In this document: one piece after another, positions 63,929-64,000 of the stretch
How positions within the stretch are numbered: position 1 is the stretch's first letter
Layout: each line of letters begins with the position of its first letter
NCBI GenBank assembly: GCA_963737635.1
Contig: CAVTTL010000001.1
Span: 1,952,001-2,016,000 of the forward strand
Reading direction: 5' to 3'
Origin: an uncultured Methanoregulaceae archaeon
GTDB lineage: Archaea; Halobacteriota; Methanomicrobia; Methanomicrobiales; Methanospirillaceae
Length of the DNA stretch: 64,000 nt
Notes under the pieces: generated by a model
Database searches by the model: none
The model's input: the letters and a program-made list of their open reading frames with translations, nothing else
What the model was told of the DNA's origin: nothing
Made by a program: the position numbers and the translations under genes

Positions 63929-64000
63929 CCCCCCTCGCGAAAAATCGGCAAGGGTGCCCGGCTGGAGCAATCCTTCTCCCGGAACCCGATTTGCAGGTCA

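Noticed and set aside
63929-64000. Possible 3' end of a minus-strand gene
   Set aside because: Too short to establish frame or identity

Overview
Archaeal chromosome segment. Gene content (archaellum, ACDS/Cdh, CofE, thermosome, eIF5A, aCPSF1) points to a methanogen, most likely Methanomicrobiales (Methanoregula-like; inferred by eye, no search run). Left to right: a ribosome-rescue cluster (pelota and Rqc2/NEMF, divergent from an EMC6-like membrane protein and ABCE1); a chemotaxis/archaellum cluster; eIF5A, IMPase/FBPase, NAD kinase, ACT protein, homoserine dehydrogenase and an HTH-Mmp11-like fusion; an accessory four-gene operon (corrinoid protein, MtaA/UroD-family protein, ASKHA/RACE activator, GAF-PAS histidine kinase) preceded by a decayed arsC-like remnant; GATase, DUF2207-LemA, a hybrid kinase, a thermosome subunit, small metal-binding proteins and tRNA-Leu(TAG); a cooC-cooC-cdhABCDE-acsV operon; and core genes (traB-like, HI0933, cofE, secG, USP, CBS, psmB, aCPSF1, MFS). 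Many genes, including essential ones, carry single-base indels, best read as long-read assembly errors. The best candidate for an undescribed system is the corrinoid/methyltransferase/activator/kinase operon at 26152-31679. It has no substrate-specific MT1 and an altered Zn motif, so it may be a cobalamin-based signalling module rather than a catabolic one.
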